Assembly: GCA_964387275.1 (NCBI GenBank)
Contig: CAYLVW010000001.1
Span: 291,508-355,507 of the forward strand
Reading direction: 5' to 3'
Length of the DNA: 64,000 bases
Origin: an uncultured Candidatus Saccharibacteria bacterium
GTDB lineage: Bacteria; Patescibacteriota; WWE3; UBA101185; UBA10185
Below the pieces are notes generated by a model. The model was not told the DNA's origin and ran no database searches. It saw only the letters and a program-made list of their open reading frames with translations. Below, piece by piece: positions 41,815 through 50,863 of this stretch. Both the position numbers and the translations under genes were made by a program. Numbering within the stretch: position 1 is the stretch's first letter; each line of letters starts with the position of its first letter.

Positions 41815-42297
41815 ATGGAAAACGCATTGTCTATAGCAATGTACACCCTTTTCGTACTTTCTATTATAACCTTGTTTGTTTCAGCTTTTGTACTTGCAAA
41901 AAAACTGATTTCTACTGAGCTAAGAGTTTTGCCTAAAGGTTATGTAGCATTAAGAATTAAGGGATCGCCAAGAAGTTGGTATGTCAATAAAGATACTAAA
42001 CTTAAAATTAACTTAGATATTGCTAAAGCAGAAGCAGACAAAGACTGGTATGCACTAATAGAAAGACTATTTGCAACAAATCCAACTGCATTCTATTTTT
42101 CATACGATGTTAATGAAGTTGGCAAGGTAGCTAATAACGGTGCCGTTAGAGTGATTAATGAGGCAGGGCTCAATATGGGTCTTCGGGGTGAGAATTTTCA
42201 AGTTCCCCTTACGCATGTAAATGTAAAAGCGACTGGATCATTAGCTAACATTTTAGCCACCGAAATACTAAAATATCTCGGTGGCTTTTTTCAATAG
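41815..42297 (+). CDS. Hypothetical membrane-anchored protein (ORFan)
   Basis: AGGAG SD before ATG 41815; N-terminal TM. Confidence 0.65.
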   Translation: MENALSIAMYTLFVLSIITLFVSAFVLAKKLISTELRVLPKGYVALRIKGSPRSWYVNKDTKLKINLDIAKAEADKDWYALIERLFATNPTAFYFSYDVNEVGKVANNGAVRVINEAGLNMGLRGENFQVPLTHVNVKATGSLANILATEILKYLGGFFQ

Positions 42298-42315
42298 GAT
42301 ATATAAAATAACTAT

Positions 42316-42921
42316 ATGAAACATAAAACTCTTTTACTAATCTCCCTATTTCTTGTAATTACGACTATTTATTATTTGAAATATAGCAAACAGCCTCATT
42401 TTGATAATCCGATTTCCTCGGACAATAAGTCAAAACCAGTAACTTGCATTAATAAAACGTACGGATTCAAGTTTGATTTATCGGAAAATAAAACCGATAA
42501 AAACTGCCCTAATAATGACAATACTATTACTGCTGATAACAAAGTTTATGAAATTATTTCTGTAACCACTGAGGATACCAAAGACCTTAAGTTGTGGTGG
42601 AATAAAGAAGTTAAAGTTGAAAATGATGACAATTTCAAACTTCATACTGACATAAACGATTATGAACTAGTATCGGGAGATAATATTGCAGCAACAAGTA
42701 ACTTCTCAGTGCTAAATTCACCATTAGACGTTCTAACAGTTTCAATTAAGATAGATAAAATCATTATTCCTGAAGAAGTAGGAATTCCTTATCTGGTTCA
42801 GTACTACGCATACGACTTTGGAAAACCTTTTGTTATAAAACGAAGTGGTATTGCAGATGGTGCAGGCCCTAATACTGACTACTTGGATACTTTCTCTACA
42901 CTTAGACCCATTGATAAATAG
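42316..42921 (+). CDS. Hypothetical secreted/membrane-anchored protein
   Basis: N-terminal TM; NKTYGFKF motif common in CPR surface proteins. Confidence 0.7.
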   Translation: MKHKTLLLISLFLVITTIYYLKYSKQPHFDNPISSDNKSKPVTCINKTYGFKFDLSENKTDKNCPNNDNTITADNKVYEIISVTTEDTKDLKLWWNKEVKVENDDNFKLHTDINDYELVSGDNIAATSNFSVLNSPLDVLTVSIKIDKIIIPEEVGIPYLVQYYAYDFGKPFVIKRSGIADGAGPNTDYLDTFSTLRPIDK

Positions 42922-42983
42922 ATATAAAAAAGGCAGCTGTGAAATTTTGTTAGAATCTCAAAGCTGCCCAGATCTCTTATAGT

Positions 42984-43649
42984 CTATTTATAACTCAAAG
43001 TGTAATTGTAGCCGGGCTGAAGCACCGAAGACAGTTCATCACCGCCATAAAATGCTAGTACCTCAGACACCCACTCCCTATATTCGGGTAGAAAACTCCC
43101 GTCAGCCGAGAAACTAATAGTACTTTCAGTAATATAAAGAGTAAGCCCTTGCTTCCTACAAAGGACACCTTCTTCAAAGTGGAAGCAGTAAGAAGGCTTA
43201 ACCCTAAGATGGAAAATAGTACCATCTTCAACAGTAGTGCATCGCTTAAGATTCATTCTACTTTGATATACAGTATCATCATCCTCACTACTTCTCCAGT
43301 GACTCCAGTAGCAACCGCCATTAAGAGCATTGTCAGTTGTTAACGATTCAAAGGTTACTTCGAGATTAAACAAAGTAACATCAGGGTGATAGATAGTGTC
43401 AACAGCAACATATGACCAACCAAAACCCGGTTTAAAACTAACCTCTACCTCTCTATTGAGGGGAAGTGATGTATACCAACCATCAGGAATACTAAGATAC
43501 ACATACTCAAGGGTAATAGTGCCGGTAAAAGGTTTAGCCTTAACCAGGATGGTAGTATCTTGTAACTCCTCGGTCCGGTGAGGTGCACAACCTGAAGTAA
43601 AAATAAATACAACTAACGACAAAAGGTAAGCGAGTCTTGATCTGAACAT
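42984..43649 (-). CDS. Hypothetical lipoprotein-like protein (ORFan)
   Basis: Hydrophobic leader ending TSGC; purine-rich SD; hairpin at 42926-42968. Confidence 0.6.
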   Translation of the reverse strand: MFRSRLAYLLSLVVFIFTSGCAPHRTEELQDTTILVKAKPFTGTITLEYVYLSIPDGWYTSLPLNREVEVSFKPGFGWSYVAVDTIYHPDVTLFNLEVTFESLTTDNALNGGCYWSHWRSSEDDDTVYQSRMNLKRCTTVEDGTIFHLRVKPSYCFHFEEGVLCRKQGLTLYITESTISFSADGSFLPEYREWVSEVLAFYGGDELSSVLQPGYNYTLSYK

Positions 43650-43810
43650 CCCTTTTCCTTTTTTCCTTTCATTTGTTCGTCCAGACAAACTGCAGAAAGC
43701 CTAAGCTATATTAACACTAATTGACTAATAAATCAAACTATAGGTTATAGGGCCACTAAAACCTGCAATGTGTAGCCTATAAAGGGCTGATGAGGTAATA
43801 TACTACCCAT

Positions 43811-44674
43811 ATGACATGGTTTGGATTTGCTTTACTATCAATAACTGCTCTTGCCGTTGCTGAACTGGTGCAACAAAAACTGTTAAATGATGATAATGAA
43901 GTCGACCCAAATACCAGTACTGTACTCACTTTTGGAGTTCAAACTCTACTAGCAATTCCAATTATCTTTCTTTTTAATGAACAAAATAGTTTCTTCTCGG
44001 TTTTTGATCACAGAGTTTTTTGGTATGTAATCCTAACTTCAATTACTGCATCTTTTGCAATGTATTTTTACCTCAAAAGTTTTGTGGCAAAAAATATCAG
44101 CTTTTCGACAATGTTCATATCTTTGTCAGTGGTTGTTTCCACACTACTTGGAATATTAATTTTTGGAGAGACAACAGGTCTAATGAAAGTGGTTGGAATC
44201 ACTTTAGTTCTGAGTGCGATAGCTATTCTCAACTTTAAAAATGAACAACTTGAGAAAAACAATTTGTACGGTCTTCTTGCAGGAGTTTTCTTTGGAGTCA
44301 CCTATACATTTGATAAGATGGTTGTTTTAGAAATACACCCTATGGTGTATCTGTTCTGGTCATTCTTATTTGTAATTTTTATAGCATTGGTACAAAACCC
44401 AAGGGGTATAACTAAAGCAATAAAAACACTAAAAGCTCTGGATGTCAGAAATTTACTAGTTTCAGGGGTTGGGTATTTAGTTTATAACTTATGTACTTTT
44501 TTTGCTTACAACGTAGGCGGGGAAGTAGGCAGGGTAGATGCAATAAATAACTCGCAGATCTTTTTAATAATTTTGGCTGAATATTTTATCCTTAATCAAA
44601 AAACCGGTATGACTAGAAAGCTTGTAACAGCAACCATAGCAATTATAGGTGTTTATATATTAGGTAATTATTAA
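43811..44674 (+). CDS. EamA/DMT family transporter
   Basis: About 10 TM in two repeats; LIFGE motif. Confidence 0.88.
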   Translation: MTWFGFALLSITALAVAELVQQKLLNDDNEVDPNTSTVLTFGVQTLLAIPIIFLFNEQNSFFSVFDHRVFWYVILTSITASFAMYFYLKSFVAKNISFSTMFISLSVVVSTLLGILIFGETTGLMKVVGITLVLSAIAILNFKNEQLEKNNLYGLLAGVFFGVTYTFDKMVVLEIHPMVYLFWSFLFVIFIALVQNPRGITKAIKTLKALDVRNLLVSGVGYLVYNLCTFFAYNVGGEVGRVDAINNSQIFLIILAEYFILNQKTGMTRKLVTATIAIIGVYILGNY

Positions 44675-44821
44675 AGTTAAGAAACTACAATAAGTAAGCT
44701 TAACTATTAGTTTTTACATTGCTTAATCTGTTTATAGAATCTATCAGCTGGCACTATTATAGTTTTATATAAAAACCACGCAGTAAATGTTGGAACATCA
44801 ACTGCGTGTATATAAATATAT

Positions 44822-45991
44822 TTATTCACTCAAAAGGTATAGATCTCCTTGTACAACCGGCTCTGATATAACCAATTGGCTAAAATCAACGCTAGAACTA
44901 CCACTACCCAAACTACCAAAGCCTAGAATAAAATCTCCATCAGAGCCTACAGTATGAACAGAGACATCTGTTATGGAAACAAACCTATCTCTCATATAAC
45001 CGATAAAAGCTGGGTGATGTACGTGCTTACCACTAATCCAAGCTTTAAACAAAGTTAGCCTTGATGCAAGATCAAGTACGGTCTCTTGACTCTCAATTGA
45101 AGACCAAGAAAACCTGGCTACTAACTCGCCATCTTTTTGAACTCTAATGGCATTTTGTAATACAGACTCTTCATAGTTACTCTCACCTATAGTAAGTGCT
45201 GGGTCTTCAAAAACAATCTCTTTAAGCACTTGAGATGCTTCATATTCTCTAAATAGAAGCGCTTCTACTTCGTAGTCACGTAATGGGAACTCAACATAGT
45301 TGGCTCCGGAACTAATCTTAAAGTAAGACGTACTACTCTCATTTGGTATTGATATTCCTACTCTCCATAATGCATCTGTAACTGTATTAGTGCTATCAGC
45401 AAGGCTGATCTGATAACGCAAAGTCCAGTCAGTTGGGCAAGTTATGTTGTCTGAAAACGGATCTGGAGACTCAACGTTACCTACATCTTCAAATAAAGTA
45501 GAGGCGTTGTAAGCAAAAGAATCTACCCACAACTTCTCACTAATACCCAAAGCCCTTCTAAGCTTACCATCGACAGATGAAGATACATCTGAAACAAAAC
45601 GTCTTTTTAGTTCCAAAAATTCCTCTAACCAATTAGTTTTTTCGCTATAGTACCCACTGGTATTAAAAGGGACAAAATAAAACTTGCTAACATAGATTTG
45701 ATCTGCATATAAAGCTTCCATTCTAACTAAACAGTTAATTGTTCTAACCCTGCTTAAATCGGCGACGCGCGATACACCATATGTGCCGTCTTTTGGATAG
45801 TTACCTTCTCTAATCTCGTAATAGTGCAGCCTCTCAGGCGTATCACATGAAGCTAATGGAAGAGAAAATAAAATGAACAGTAGTAAAGATAGAATCCTAT
45901 GTAGAGGGTTTCCAGACATTCTCGGTAACTTAATAGTAATTCCTACAATCCTACGTGCTAGATTCGAAAGCGTAGGGAATTTCTTACCCAT
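44822..45991 (-). CDS. Hypothetical lipoprotein-like protein (ORFan)
   Basis: LASC lipobox-like motif; AAGGAG SD; hairpin at 44771-44808. Confidence 0.65.
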   Translation of the reverse strand: MGKKFPTLSNLARRIVGITIKLPRMSGNPLHRILSLLLFILFSLPLASCDTPERLHYYEIREGNYPKDGTYGVSRVADLSRVRTINCLVRMEALYADQIYVSKFYFVPFNTSGYYSEKTNWLEEFLELKRRFVSDVSSSVDGKLRRALGISEKLWVDSFAYNASTLFEDVGNVESPDPFSDNITCPTDWTLRYQISLADSTNTVTDALWRVGISIPNESSTSYFKISSGANYVEFPLRDYEVEALLFREYEASQVLKEIVFEDPALTIGESNYEESVLQNAIRVQKDGELVARFSWSSIESQETVLDLASRLTLFKAWISGKHVHHPAFIGYMRDRFVSITDVSVHTVGSDGDFILGFGSLGSGSSSVDFSQLVISEPVVQGDLYLLSE

Positions 45992-46076
45992 TCGGCTCTC
46001 CTTTTCTAGGAACAGTTTAGCATAGTGTGAGGTTGTTTGAAATTATACTATTGAGCCGGATTTTTAAATGAGTATA

Positions 46077-46106
46077 TGGTGAAGCATGTCGGTCTGGAAC
46101 CCCACC
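46077..46106 (-). other. tRNA 3'-end-like fragment, putative att site
   Basis: Reverse complement GGTGGGGTTCCAGACCGACATGCTTCACCA: degenerate T-loop, 5+7 nt stem strands and ACCA, with no 5' half. Confidence 0.55.
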
Positions 46107-46185
46107 TTCGAAATTATACTCTCCAGGATGTAAATGGAACAAATGGGACACCTTAAAAAAAGAATGTCCCATTATTCTCTCCAGG

Positions 46186-46305
46186 TTACTTTTTTCTGCG
46201 GTTATGCTCTATTTCAGTAGTATTTGGATGTTTTTTAACGTAGCTCTTGGTTACAAACTGACCGTTTTTAGAGTTTCTGTTATTTGTTATCGTTTTACTT
46301 GGCAT
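46186..46305 (-). CDS. 39-aa basic small protein absent from the ORF track
   Basis: MPSKTITNNRNSKNGQFVTKSYVKKHPNTTEIEHNRRKK; AGGGGGTGA SD; third gene of operon. Confidence 0.75.
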   Translation of the reverse strand: MPSKTITNNRNSKNGQFVTKSYVKKHPNTTEIEHNRRKK

Positions 46306-46322
46306 CGTAACTCACCCCCTTA

Positions 46323-46946
46323 TTATTCTCTAATAGGTACTCCCAAACTAGATGCTAAACTATCTTTACGCGCAATTTCATTTTTTCTTGATGAGATATA
46401 TTCGTTGATTTTATTATCCAGCGAGTTATTGTACCCACTTATTTCTCTGTTTAAGTGCCCAAGTTGAGTGATGGCACTAGATTTAAAGTGGTCAAATTCG
46501 CGCTTTATTTGGTCAGCATTTTCCGAAAAGACTTTAATATCAACACAAAGATCACTGTCGCAGATATATACCTCTTCAGTCCACATCAACCGTTGTTGTG
46601 AAGGTATGTACCTAAGAAGATTTGAATCACCTTTAACAGGAATATAATAGGTGACCATATTCTTCTTATAAATACGTCCAGGATGCGTGTAAAAGCTGCT
46701 TCCCAAATCCTCTGACGAAACTTCTACTTCTTTGACTGCTGCTTTGGCAGATTCCATATCAAACTCAGGTTTGTCTATAGTGAATTCTTTTAGGATCTCT
46801 TGTCTTTGCACATCAGACAGTCCGTCCAAAATCTGACTTTGCGGAAGACTATAAATTTTGTTCTTTAGCTCCATCAACTTTTGGTTGAAATATGAATCTA
46901 TTTCTTCCTCATTAAATATATTAAAACTATCATAATTTCTGTACAT
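46323..46946 (-). CDS. Hypothetical protein
   Basis: 207-aa ORF starting 1 nt after the upstream stop. Confidence 0.75.
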   Translation of the reverse strand: MYRNYDSFNIFNEEEIDSYFNQKLMELKNKIYSLPQSQILDGLSDVQRQEILKEFTIDKPEFDMESAKAAVKEVEVSSEDLGSSFYTHPGRIYKKNMVTYYIPVKGDSNLLRYIPSQQRLMWTEEVYICDSDLCVDIKVFSENADQIKREFDHFKSSAITQLGHLNREISGYNNSLDNKINEYISSRKNEIARKDSLASSLGVPIRE

Positions 46947-46947
46947 T

Positions 46948-47772
46948 TTAGTTTGTTCCTTCTGTTAATTTTGGTACTATTTCGTTCATTGTGTAATGAA
47001 CAAATTGCTTTCCTAGCTCTGTAAGTACGTACTCCTTTTCGTCGTCGAAAAAGCTTGCGTAAGTGGAGCTTCTTTGTATAACTTTTTTTCTTTGAGGTTT
47101 TACAAAATTACCGGAATAATCGGTTTCCCGATACTGGCGAATAACGTGACCCATGCTTAGGTCCTGTATAACAAGCTTGAATAAATCTGCCTCAGCGGAA
47201 TCCTCACGGACCCTTTGTCCATACATCAGGTCCCATATTCCAGCACGGGTGATACCAGATTTATTAAATATAGTTGATATAATCTTGAAGTGGAGTTCCG
47301 AATAAGCTTCAATCCAGTCGATAAACATGGATATCACGTCATCACTGCAAATACTTGTTGCCGCAGCATTTGACAGTAAATTTCTTACAAGAATCCGTTT
47401 TTCTTCACTCTCTGCTGCCGACCAGTCCCTAAATGCTTTTTTCAAAAGTTTCATATACTCGGGGCTTTCTAGTCTGATTCTGATTTTCTCATCGGTTTGG
47501 TCGACTCGTAGCATTATCTCTACTAAAGTTTTGCCTATTTCTTTAATTTCATCCTCTTGAAGTTTGAGCCAAATGTTAAAAAGTTTATTAAGATTACTTT
47601 GTTCATTTTCGGACCATGTGCTTCCTACAGCACCGATTAAACCTCCCGCATAGGGAATTGCTCCACCTACAGCGGCAAGTGCAAAGCGCGCTATCTTTGG
47701 ACCATTTCCAGCAGATAAAGCTGCATTTATTTCATCTTTCACATCATATTTTTTGTTTTCCTCGGTCGTCAT
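46948..47772 (-). CDS. Hypothetical protein, possibly Abi-alpha-like
   Basis: Likely start ATG 47772 (MTTEENKK); C-terminal winged-helix-like YVLTELGKQFV. Confidence 0.7.
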   Translation of the reverse strand: MTTEENKKYDVKDEINAALSAGNGPKIARFALAAVGGAIPYAGGLIGAVGSTWSENEQSNLNKLFNIWLKLQEDEIKEIGKTLVEIMLRVDQTDEKIRIRLESPEYMKLLKKAFRDWSAAESEEKRILVRNLLSNAAATSICSDDVISMFIDWIEAYSELHFKIISTIFNKSGITRAGIWDLMYGQRVREDSAEADLFKLVIQDLSMGHVIRQYRETDYSGNFVKPQRKKVIQRSSTYASFFDDEKEYVLTELGKQFVHYTMNEIVPKLTEGTN

Positions 47773-47904
47773 GCCTATAATAATTCCTTCAAATAAAAAA
47801 TAAACCCATTTTCCTTTGGCTAAGGAATATGGGCAGTTACTTGCCACAATTAAATCGCAAAAATTGACCAGTGTCAATAATGTGTTAAAATACAAAGTAG
47901 ACAT

Positions 47905-48567
47905 ATGGCTACAAATGTAAAAACAGACGAAAAATTAAATAAAATTTGGCATTTTATCTCTCAATACCAGCAAGAACACGGTTATTCTCCTAGTTATGCT
48001 GAACTTGCAACTGTTGCAGAAGTAACTTCCAAACGTGGCGTAAGCATTCAGTTGAAAAAATTAGAAGCTAAAAAGCTAATATCCCGCACTAGTAATTCTC
48101 GCAGGGCTATTAAAATTCTGGAAAAACCATCGGGAGAAAATGCCACTGACAGTGTTACAGTAAAAATTCCTATCCTAGGGGAGGTTGTGGCCGGAGTTCC
48201 GAGGTATGCTGAGCAAAATGTCGAAGGATATCTTTCCGTTTCTCTTGCTGAGACCCATGGAACTAAGGATGCATTTTTGCTAAAGATTGACGGAAATAGC
48301 ATGAACAAGCTTGGATATGAAACAGGAGACTTTGCTATAGTAACACCTCAATCCACAGCTGTTAATGGCGATGTTGTAATTGCTTTTGACCCTGAGGAAG
48401 AAACCGCTACCGTAAAAAGATATAAAAGAGCGGATGAGTTTATATTATTAATTCCTGAAAGTTACGACCCAAAATTTAAACCAATAGTTGGCAATAGCTT
48501 TGTTATTCAAGGTAAAGTTGTAGGTAGAATTCCTAAGGAAAATGCTGTTTTTGTAGACGAGGAGTAG
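47905..48567 (+). CDS. lexA: LexA-like repressor (wHTH + S24 peptidase)
   Basis: HGYSPSYAEL, VAG cleavage site, GNSM serine, TVKR lysine. Confidence 0.88.
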   Translation: MATNVKTDEKLNKIWHFISQYQQEHGYSPSYAELATVAEVTSKRGVSIQLKKLEAKKLISRTSNSRRAIKILEKPSGENATDSVTVKIPILGEVVAGVPRYAEQNVEGYLSVSLAETHGTKDAFLLKIDGNSMNKLGYETGDFAIVTPQSTAVNGDVVIAFDPEEETATVKRYKRADEFILLIPESYDPKFKPIVGNSFVIQGKVVGRIPKENAVFVDEE

Positions 48568-48594
48568 TGTCTATTCCCACTAGAAATGTCTAAG

Positions 48595-48623
48595 TTGCAA
48601 AAACAGAGCAGTAGACCTATCAT
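48595..48623 (+). promoter_or_regulatory. Sigma70-type promoter for the MTase-terminase operon
   Basis: TTGCAA-17 nt-TATCAT. Confidence 0.6.
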
Positions 48624-48633
48624 ATACTTGTAT

Positions 48634-48799
48634 TGAAAACCAAATAGTTCGCATTTGTGCGATCCGAGCTGTACTCGTTAAAGGACTGTAAATAAGAAAA
48701 GATAACCTTTTCTTTGGCATTACAGTCTTTTTTTGTGCTCGAAATGTCTTTTAAGAGAAGGTTATAACGTAATTGTTTAGCCTTCTTTTTTGGTTTTCA
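48634..48799 (+). ncRNA. Candidate structured leader RNA/attenuator
   Basis: 11-bp closing stem TGAAAACCAAA/TTTGGTTTTCA enclosing four hairpins with alternative pairings. Confidence 0.5.
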
Positions 48800-48816
48800 G
48801 AGGCAGAAAGGCTTAG

Positions 48817-50091
48817 ATGAAATTAAGTAATCTTAAAGTCGAGTATGTAGAGGTTAGTAAATTAAAGTATTGCGAATACAACGCAAGAACTTGGACAGAA
48901 AAGGCAACTAAAGACCTTACCGAAAGTATTAAACGTTTCGGAATTATTAGTCCTCTTTTGGTCAATAGTTCTATAGAACGTAAAAACATTGTGCTGGGTG
49001 GGAATTTTCGTCTGAAAATTCTCAATGATTTAGGTGTTAAAGAAACTGCGGTTATTTATTTAGACGTACCTGATATCGAAAAGGAACGTGAGCTAAACCT
49101 CAGACTCAATGCTAACACAGGAGATTTTGACTGGGAAAAACTGAAAAATTTTGATTTAGAACTCTTGCTAGATGTGGGGTTTGACGATTCCGGATTGTCG
49201 AAGATTTGGGACGCAAGTCTCGAAATTGAAGACGATGACATTGATCCCGAAACAGAAGCTGAAAGAGTAACAGAACCAAAAACTAAACTTGGCGATTTAT
49301 ACAAACTAAACGATCACTATTTACTTTGTGGGGATTCCCAAGACATTAATGTAGTTAAAAGGCTTGTAGGTGAAACGAAGATTGATCTTATAACATGCGA
49401 TCCCGTTTATAACATTTCGTACGATTACAATAAAGGATTAGGAAAAAAGAACAAGTATAGTGAAAGCGTTAATGACACCAGAACAACCGAAGAATACAAA
49501 CAATTCCTAAGTAGCACAGTCGCTAACGCACTAAGTGTATCAAAGCAAGATGTCCACGTCTTTTATTGGTGTGATCAAAAATATATCTGGCTAATTCAAA
49601 CACTCTTTTCGGTACATGGCTTGGATAATAAACGCGTATGCTTTTGGGTTAAGGGTCAGCACAATGTAGTCCCACAGGTAGCTTTTAATAAATGTTATGA
49701 GCCTTGTGTTTATGCAGTGCGCGGTACACCGTACTTAGCGGATTCAATCACAAATCTCAATGAAATATTAAATAAAGAAATTGGAACAGGTAATAGAGCT
49801 GTTGATGACATTATAGATATCTTTGATATTTGGTTAGCAAAGCGAGAATCAACCTCAGAGTACCAGCATGCAACCACAAAACCTATTACCCTGATGGAAA
49901 AACCACTGAAACGATGTTCAAAAGTGGGATCTAGCGTTTTGGATTTATTTGGTGGAGGTGGATCAACACTTCTCGCTTGCGAACAGCTTAAGAGAAAAGC
50001 TTTCTTATGCGAATTAAGTCCTGTGTTTTGTGACGTGATAATAAACCGTTGGGAAAGGAGGACAAATGGAAAAGCCGAACTTGTTAAATAA
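48817..50091 (+). CDS. ParB-N-terminal domain + N6/N4 DNA methyltransferase (beta class)
   Basis: YNAR and GGNFRL (ParB-like); DPVY, HATTKP and LDLFGGGGST motifs. Confidence 0.9.
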   Translation: MKLSNLKVEYVEVSKLKYCEYNARTWTEKATKDLTESIKRFGIISPLLVNSSIERKNIVLGGNFRLKILNDLGVKETAVIYLDVPDIEKERELNLRLNANTGDFDWEKLKNFDLELLLDVGFDDSGLSKIWDASLEIEDDDIDPETEAERVTEPKTKLGDLYKLNDHYLLCGDSQDINVVKRLVGETKIDLITCDPVYNISYDYNKGLGKKNKYSESVNDTRTTEEYKQFLSSTVANALSVSKQDVHVFYWCDQKYIWLIQTLFSVHGLDNKRVCFWVKGQHNVVPQVAFNKCYEPCVYAVRGTPYLADSITNLNEILNKEIGTGNRAVDDIIDIFDIWLAKRESTSEYQHATTKPITLMEKPLKRCSKVGSSVLDLFGGGGSTLLACEQLKRKAFLCELSPVFCDVIINRWERRTNGKAELVK

Positions 50092-50863
50092 TGAGCTTAA
50101 AGTGTGGCAGTTAGGTGAACACCTACTTATTCAGGGAGATTCTACTAAGGCGGATACATTTGAAATACTTAACAGCTTGGGTCTAAGGGCTAGTTATCTT
50201 TTAAGTGACATACCGTACGGCGTTGCTTATACAGAAAGCAAAATAAGCTTTGGTAGAAATCCAAAGAAATCAAAAGATATCCAAAACGATGCGTATCAGT
50301 CACCAGATCAGTATAAAAATTTCTGTATTAAATGGTTAACAGCTGTAAAACCGTACATGGCAGATAAAAATGTTATCCATATTTTCAATTCTGACCGCAT
50401 GCTATTTTCGTTACACGACGCAATGCAAGAAAGTGGGTATAGATTTTCCCAGCTACTTATTTGGATTAAAAACCAAAGCGTTATTGGTCGGTTGGATTAT
50501 AACGTTCAACATGAATTGATAATTTATGGTTGGTTAGGCACACATAACTTCTATGGCTCTAAAGACAAATCAGTATTTTGTTACCCAAGACCACAGAGCA
50601 GTCCTTGTCATCCCACGACTAAACCTGTTGGGTTACTGCGCCAATTAATTCTTAATAGCTCGAGAGTAAACGATATAGTTCTAGATCCATTTATTGGTAG
50701 TGGTTCAACATTGTGGGCTTGTATAGACACACATAGAAGATGTGTTGGTGTTGAGATTGATAGTGAATATTGCAATTCAATAATTCAAAGATTTGAAAAA
50801 CTGACTGGCATAAAAACTAAAGAAATAAATTGCTTTGCAGAAAGGAGGTTAAATGACCTCTAG
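50066..50863 (+). CDS. N6/N4 DNA methyltransferase (beta class)
   Basis: DIPY, HPTTKP and LDPFIGSGST motifs. Confidence 0.9.
   Translation: MEKPNLLNNELKVWQLGEHLLIQGDSTKADTFEILNSLGLRASYLLSDIPYGVAYTESKISFGRNPKKSKDIQNDAYQSPDQYKNFCIKWLTAVKPYMADKNVIHIFNSDRMLFSLHDAMQESGYRFSQLLIWIKNQSVIGRLDYNVQHELIIYGWLGTHNFYGSKDKSVFCYPRPQSSPCHPTTKPVGLLRQLILNSSRVNDIVLDPFIGSGSTLWACIDTHRRCVGVEIDSEYCNSIIQRFEKLTGIKTKEINCFAERRLNDL

Noticed and set aside
46204-46467. Plus-strand 87-aa ORF
   Set aside because: Antisense to the better-supported 39-aa and 207-aa minus-strand genes.
47773-47904. N-terminal extension of ORF 46948..47904
   Set aside because: It would occupy the whole divergent promoter region of the LexA-like gene; ATG 47772 is the more plausible start.
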